The position numbers were made by a program, and so were the translations under genes. Shown here one piece after another: positions 38,811 to 42,302 of a stretch of DNA of 42,302 bases. The notes under the pieces are model-generated. The model saw only the letters and a list, made by a program, of their open reading frames with translations, searched no databases and was not told the DNA's origin. The stretch is taken from the NCBI GenBank assembly GCA_027015275.1, contig JALWCU010000135.1, positions 1-42,302 of the forward strand, in the 5' to 3' direction. How positions within the stretch are numbered: position 1 is the stretch's first letter; each line of letters begins with the position of its first letter. The stretch is from Bacteroidales bacterium. GTDB lineage: Bacteria; Bacteroidota; Bacteroidia; Bacteroidales; S143-33.

Positions 38811-39049
38811 TTTTTCTTTTATTTATGTTTTTTTTGTTAATTCCTTGATAATTAACAAGGTATCTTGTTTTATTGCAATTTAGTTTGCAATGGTTGCCTT
38901 TTTGCCACAAGATAATGAATGATTTTTCCCCATTATTGAGAAAGTTCTTTTTACTTGCAATGTGTCTTGAGCGCAATCGCAACAGGCTTTATTACTGCGA
39001 TATAACAAATGCGTGGCAAAGAAATATTTGTAGATTATTGAGAATTAAA

Positions 39050-39057
39050 TAGTTTTG
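39050..39057 (+). promoter_or_regulatory. Bacteroidota -7 element for the BASS-acyltransferase unit
   Basis: TAGTTTTG(CA), about 23 nt upstream of the ATG. Confidence 0.6.
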
Positions 39058-39080
39058 CATAAAATAACAATTTTTTCATT

Positions 39081-40052
39081 ATGTACGAAGCTCTATCCCA
39101 TTTAGATTCAGTACACCTCAATTTTACTCCAAGTTCTCTATTTATTCTCAATATCACTTTAGCAATAATCATGGTAGGAGTGGCCCTTGGAATTAAGCTT
39201 AATGGATTCAAGGACTTGTTGCTGCATCCCAAGCCATTTATAGTAGGAGTGATATCTCAATTTGTCTTGTTGCCAGCTTTTACTTTTCTGCTGGTTATCT
39301 TACTGAGGTTGCCAGAAAGTGTGGCTTTAGGAATGATATTGGTGGCAGCTTGTCCAGGAGGTAATATTAGCAATTTTATGAGCTCTTTGTCAAAGGGGAA
39401 CGTAGAGTTATCAGTGAGTTTAACGATGTTTGCCACATTAACGGCAGTTTTATTTACTCCACTTAATTTTGCATTGTGGGGAAAGCTATTTATACGTTTT
39501 GCAGCAAAACATTTCAGTGAATTAGCGCCTATTACAATAAATTTTTGGGCAATGTTCAGAGCTGTGGTGATTATCCTGTTAATACCGATGACTATAGGGC
39601 TATTCATATCGCATAAATGGCCTAAAATAGCCAAGAAGTCGGGACCTTATGTCAGGATAATTTCTGTTATCATTTTTTTGATTATGGTCGTTGTTATGAT
39701 AATGAATAATTGGGAGTTTGTAAAAAAATATGTACAGGTTGTATTTTTGTTGGTATTTCTTCATAATGGTATGGCTTTACTGATAGGTTATTATTGGAGT
39801 AAGCTAAATCGTCTTAAGCTTCAGGATGCAAGGACAATATCCATAGAGACAGGCATACAGAATTCGGGTTTGGCTCTTGTGTTGATTTTCAACCCGAGAT
39901 TATTTAATGGACTTGGTGGCATGGCAGCTATAGCAGCTTGGTGGGGCGTATGGCATATTATATCAGGTTTGACAGTAGGTTTTGTATGGGGGTATATTCG
40001 CAAACCAAAAAGGCTGAAAAATGTTGAATTACAAGAGAGTACTGCACAGTAA
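39081..40052 (+). CDS. Bile acid:sodium symporter (BASS/SLC10) family transporter
   Basis: SQFVLLP, LVAACPGGNISN, GNVELSVSLT, TISIETGIQNSGLA. Confidence 0.93.
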   Translation: MYEALSHLDSVHLNFTPSSLFILNITLAIIMVGVALGIKLNGFKDLLLHPKPFIVGVISQFVLLPAFTFLLVILLRLPESVALGMILVAACPGGNISNFMSSLSKGNVELSVSLTMFATLTAVLFTPLNFALWGKLFIRFAAKHFSELAPITINFWAMFRAVVIILLIPMTIGLFISHKWPKIAKKSGPYVRIISVIIFLIMVVVMIMNNWEFVKKYVQVVFLLVFLHNGMALLIGYYWSKLNRLKLQDARTISIETGIQNSGLALVLIFNPRLFNGLGGMAAIAAWWGVWHIISGLTVGFVWGYIRKPKRLKNVELQESTAQ

Positions 40053-41364
40053 TCCTGGTTACAAGTTGGGCAGGATTTTTCTTACAGATTTTTGGTTTAA
40101 TCATATTTACAATCGTCAGGTCGTGGTGCTTGGGAGGGAGAATATCCCCAGGAATAAGCCTGTGTTGATTTTGCCTGTCCATCGTAATGCCTTGATTGAT
40201 AATATGGCAGTGCTGACCACGAGGAATGACAATCCAGTTTTTCTGGCAAGGGCGGATATTTTTAGGCAGAAATTATTGGCCAAGATTTTTATTTTTTTTC
40301 GTATGGTGCCTGTTTTTCGTATAAGAGATGGCAGGGAAAGCCTGGCAAATAACGAGATGACTTTTGACGTTAGTGCACATGTTCTGGAGAAGAACAAGAT
40401 ATTGGTAGTTTTTCCAGAGGCAGCACATAATGAAAGGAATCAGATGTTGCCTGTCAGAAAGGGGGCTATCCGTATAGCTTTTCTCACGGCAGAGAGAACA
40501 AATTTTCAGAAGGATATTTATTTGGTACCTACTGGTTTGTACTATGATGATATTTATCATTACAGACATAAGATTTTGATTACTTATGACAAGCCAATAA
40601 ATATTCTGGATTACAAAGAGCTTTATCTTGAGAACAAACAGAAGGCAATGCTTAAGGTTAGGGAAGACTTGACAAAGGCTCTGACAGACCTTTCTATTCA
40701 TATAGCAAATGATGAGTATTATCACCAGGTAAATCAAGCACGGGAAATTTTTGATGCGTATGTTGCCCAGGATATGGGCAAAGATCTACGGCAGTTTGAT
40801 CATAAATTTGAAGTTGATAAGAAAATTATTGATGTTTTAGAGGAGGCAATGGAAAAAGAACCAGAGCATTTTGATAAATTTGCACACAAGATAGATAAGT
40901 ATGTAAAAGGACTTAGGGATAATAAGCTTAAAGATTATCTTTTTGAGAAGCCGATGTCGTGGGGAAAGCTATTGATTTCAAGTTTGTTAGCAGTTGTTCT
41001 TTTACCGTTATATTTGTTGATGTGGATAAATTTTGCAGCTCCAGTATGCTTGCCAGAGATATTGGTACATAAGTTTGAAGAGACAATTTTCTATGCATCA
41101 GTACGTTTTGCTGCTTCCTTGATTTTTGTGCTTTTGTGGGCAATAATTTGGGGTATTGTTTTAGCTATTTGGGTCAGTTGGTGGGCTGGACTGATTTTCT
41201 TTCTTTTGCAGCCATTATTATTAGTGTTTTGGCTGGACTTTACACGTTTTTTGAAGAAGATTTTGGGAAATTGGCGGTTTAAGCTGGGAAAAGATAAATT
41301 CATTGATTTAAAGTGTATTAGGGAAGAATTGCTGCGTGAATTTTCGCTGTTTTATGTTAAATAA
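40021..41364 (+). CDS. PlsC-like glycerolipid acyltransferase with C-terminal membrane helices
   Basis: GRENIP, HRNALID, FLARADIF, PVFRIRDG, VFPEAAH, KGAIRIA; C-terminal TMs. Confidence 0.88.
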   Translation: MLNYKRVLHSNPGYKLGRIFLTDFWFNHIYNRQVVVLGRENIPRNKPVLILPVHRNALIDNMAVLTTRNDNPVFLARADIFRQKLLAKIFIFFRMVPVFRIRDGRESLANNEMTFDVSAHVLEKNKILVVFPEAAHNERNQMLPVRKGAIRIAFLTAERTNFQKDIYLVPTGLYYDDIYHYRHKILITYDKPINILDYKELYLENKQKAMLKVREDLTKALTDLSIHIANDEYYHQVNQAREIFDAYVAQDMGKDLRQFDHKFEVDKKIIDVLEEAMEKEPEHFDKFAHKIDKYVKGLRDNKLKDYLFEKPMSWGKLLISSLLAVVLLPLYLLMWINFAAPVCLPEILVHKFEETIFYASVRFAASLIFVLLWAIIWGIVLAIWVSWWAGLIFFLLQPLLLVFWLDFTRFLKKILGNWRFKLGKDKFIDLKCIREELLREFSLFYVK

Positions 41365-41398
41365 ATTGCCTTTGGTCAAAATTTTTAATATTTTGTTC

Positions 41399-41406
41399 TA
41401 AGTTTG
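41399..41406 (+). promoter_or_regulatory. Bacteroidota -7 element for the terminal lipoprotein gene
   Basis: TAAGTTTG(CG), about 24 nt upstream of the ATG. Confidence 0.65.
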
Positions 41407-41430
41407 CGGTCGAAATAAAAGTCGAAAAAT

Positions 41431-42210
41431 ATGAAAAAATTTACGGTTATAATTTTTGCATTAGTACTTATTTTGGGCATGACATCTTGTAAGAAGAAGG
41501 TTGAACAGCCCGTATTGCCACCTTCGCAGACCATGGAGTTGAATGATAATAACTTCCAGGGCAATACATCAGAGAAGGTCGAAGGATATGGCAATTGGTT
41601 CTCTGCAGCAGTTACTGGAGGTTTCTGGTCAGCGATTGTAAAGGTGTCATTTGCTATTCCTATTTATGCATATAAACATGCGTTGGAGCAGACCCCTCAG
41701 AAAGTTGATAACAGTACTTGGCTTTGGCAGTATAATGTGCAGTTTATGGGTATAAATCATCATGTTAAGTTATACGGGTCTGTGGATCCGAACCAGGACA
41801 TGGTTAGCTGGGAGATGTACGTTGATGATTTTAATTGGTTTGTCGGTGAGAATAATGTTGCTGCCACCGAAGGATATTGGATATTTTATTCCAAAGATGC
41901 TCAGCCAAAAGAAAAGCTCAAGGTTGAATGGACTTATGATTATTCAGATAGCACTGGTACAGCTAAGTATATTGTCGTTGATCAGGATGCTAACAATTAC
42001 AATTCTTACCTGTATTATGGTAACAATTTGGATGGACTGTATAATTGCTTTTTTAATATTGTTAATACATCTGATACCAGTTCTGTAGAGATTCAGTGGA
42101 ACAATCAGAGTCGTGTTGGACGTATCAAATCATCAAAGTATTTTGGAGATCAGGCATGGCACTGCTGGAACGAAAGCTTGCAAGATTGCCAGTGCCCTTC
42201 GTCTAAGTAA
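41431..42210 (+). CDS. Hypothetical lipoprotein (Trp-rich, beta-rich, C-terminal Cys cluster)
   Basis: Lipobox GMTS-C-KKK; PVLPP; ends HCWNESLQDCQCPSSK; own promoter and terminator. Confidence 0.8.
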   Translation: MKKFTVIIFALVLILGMTSCKKKVEQPVLPPSQTMELNDNNFQGNTSEKVEGYGNWFSAAVTGGFWSAIVKVSFAIPIYAYKHALEQTPQKVDNSTWLWQYNVQFMGINHHVKLYGSVDPNQDMVSWEMYVDDFNWFVGENNVAATEGYWIFYSKDAQPKEKLKVEWTYDYSDSTGTAKYIVVDQDANNYNSYLYYGNNLDGLYNCFFNIVNTSDTSSVEIQWNNQSRVGRIKSSKYFGDQAWHCWNESLQDCQCPSSK

Positions 42211-42231
42211 TTAGCCTTAAATTACTTTCAT

Positions 42232-42263
42232 AGAGGCTGCCCTTTTGGGGCAGCCTCTTTTTT
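42232..42263 (+). terminator. Intrinsic terminator
   Basis: AGAGGCTGCCC-TTTTG-GGGCAGCCTCT-TTTTT. Confidence 0.93.
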
Positions 42264-42302
42264 ATGCAAAAAACATTTAAACCATTTTAGGAAAGGAATC
42301 AA

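Noticed and set aside
38800..38982. 60-aa - strand ORF in the PorP-BASS gap
   Set aside because: Non-ATG start, K/N-rich composition expected from AT-rich non-coding DNA, overlaps the PorP stop
41335..41362. Exact E. coli dif XerD arm TTATGTTAAAT (41352-41362) in a window that encodes XerD
   Set aside because: No XerC arm (..ATAA) at the required 6-bp spacing; it lies in the last codons of the acyltransferase (FYVK*) and is AT-rich enough to be chance

Overview
A 42.3 kb, gene-dense chromosomal segment from a Bacteroidota bacterium, probably Bacteroidales-like. The assignment rests on TAnnTTTG -7 promoter boxes, SD-less A-rich start contexts, a PorP/SprF gene, nusB-DUF1573-yajC synteny and a Bacteroidota-type Rho. 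Most genes are housekeeping or envelope genes: rho, xerD, pgeF, sbcC, ffh, a DnaQ-like exonuclease, gdhA, a CLC-CBS channel, SPFH, MotB/OmpA, yajC, nusB, pgi, arcC, a CCA/HD nucleotidyltransferase, parE, PorP/SprF, a BASS transporter and an acyltransferase. There is also an ECF sigma/FecR/TonB-transducer/DUF4249 signalling cassette and several uncharacterised lipoproteins and outer-membrane proteins. I see no tRNA, rRNA, CRISPR array, transposase, prophage or recognisable defence system. Best leads: (i) an unexplained 115-nt GC-clamped fold-back at 17907-18021 that looks like a structured RNA and overlaps a 23-codon antisense ORF; (ii) a membrane sensor (periplasmic domain-HAMP-GAF-coiled coil-PAS) with no output domain directly upstream of the ECF cassette; (iii) a Rho with a 50% Gln prion-like insertion; (iv) a secreted Leptospira-type LRR protein coupled to a MotA-less MotB/OmpA gene. 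All family calls come from reading motifs by eye; no database search was run.
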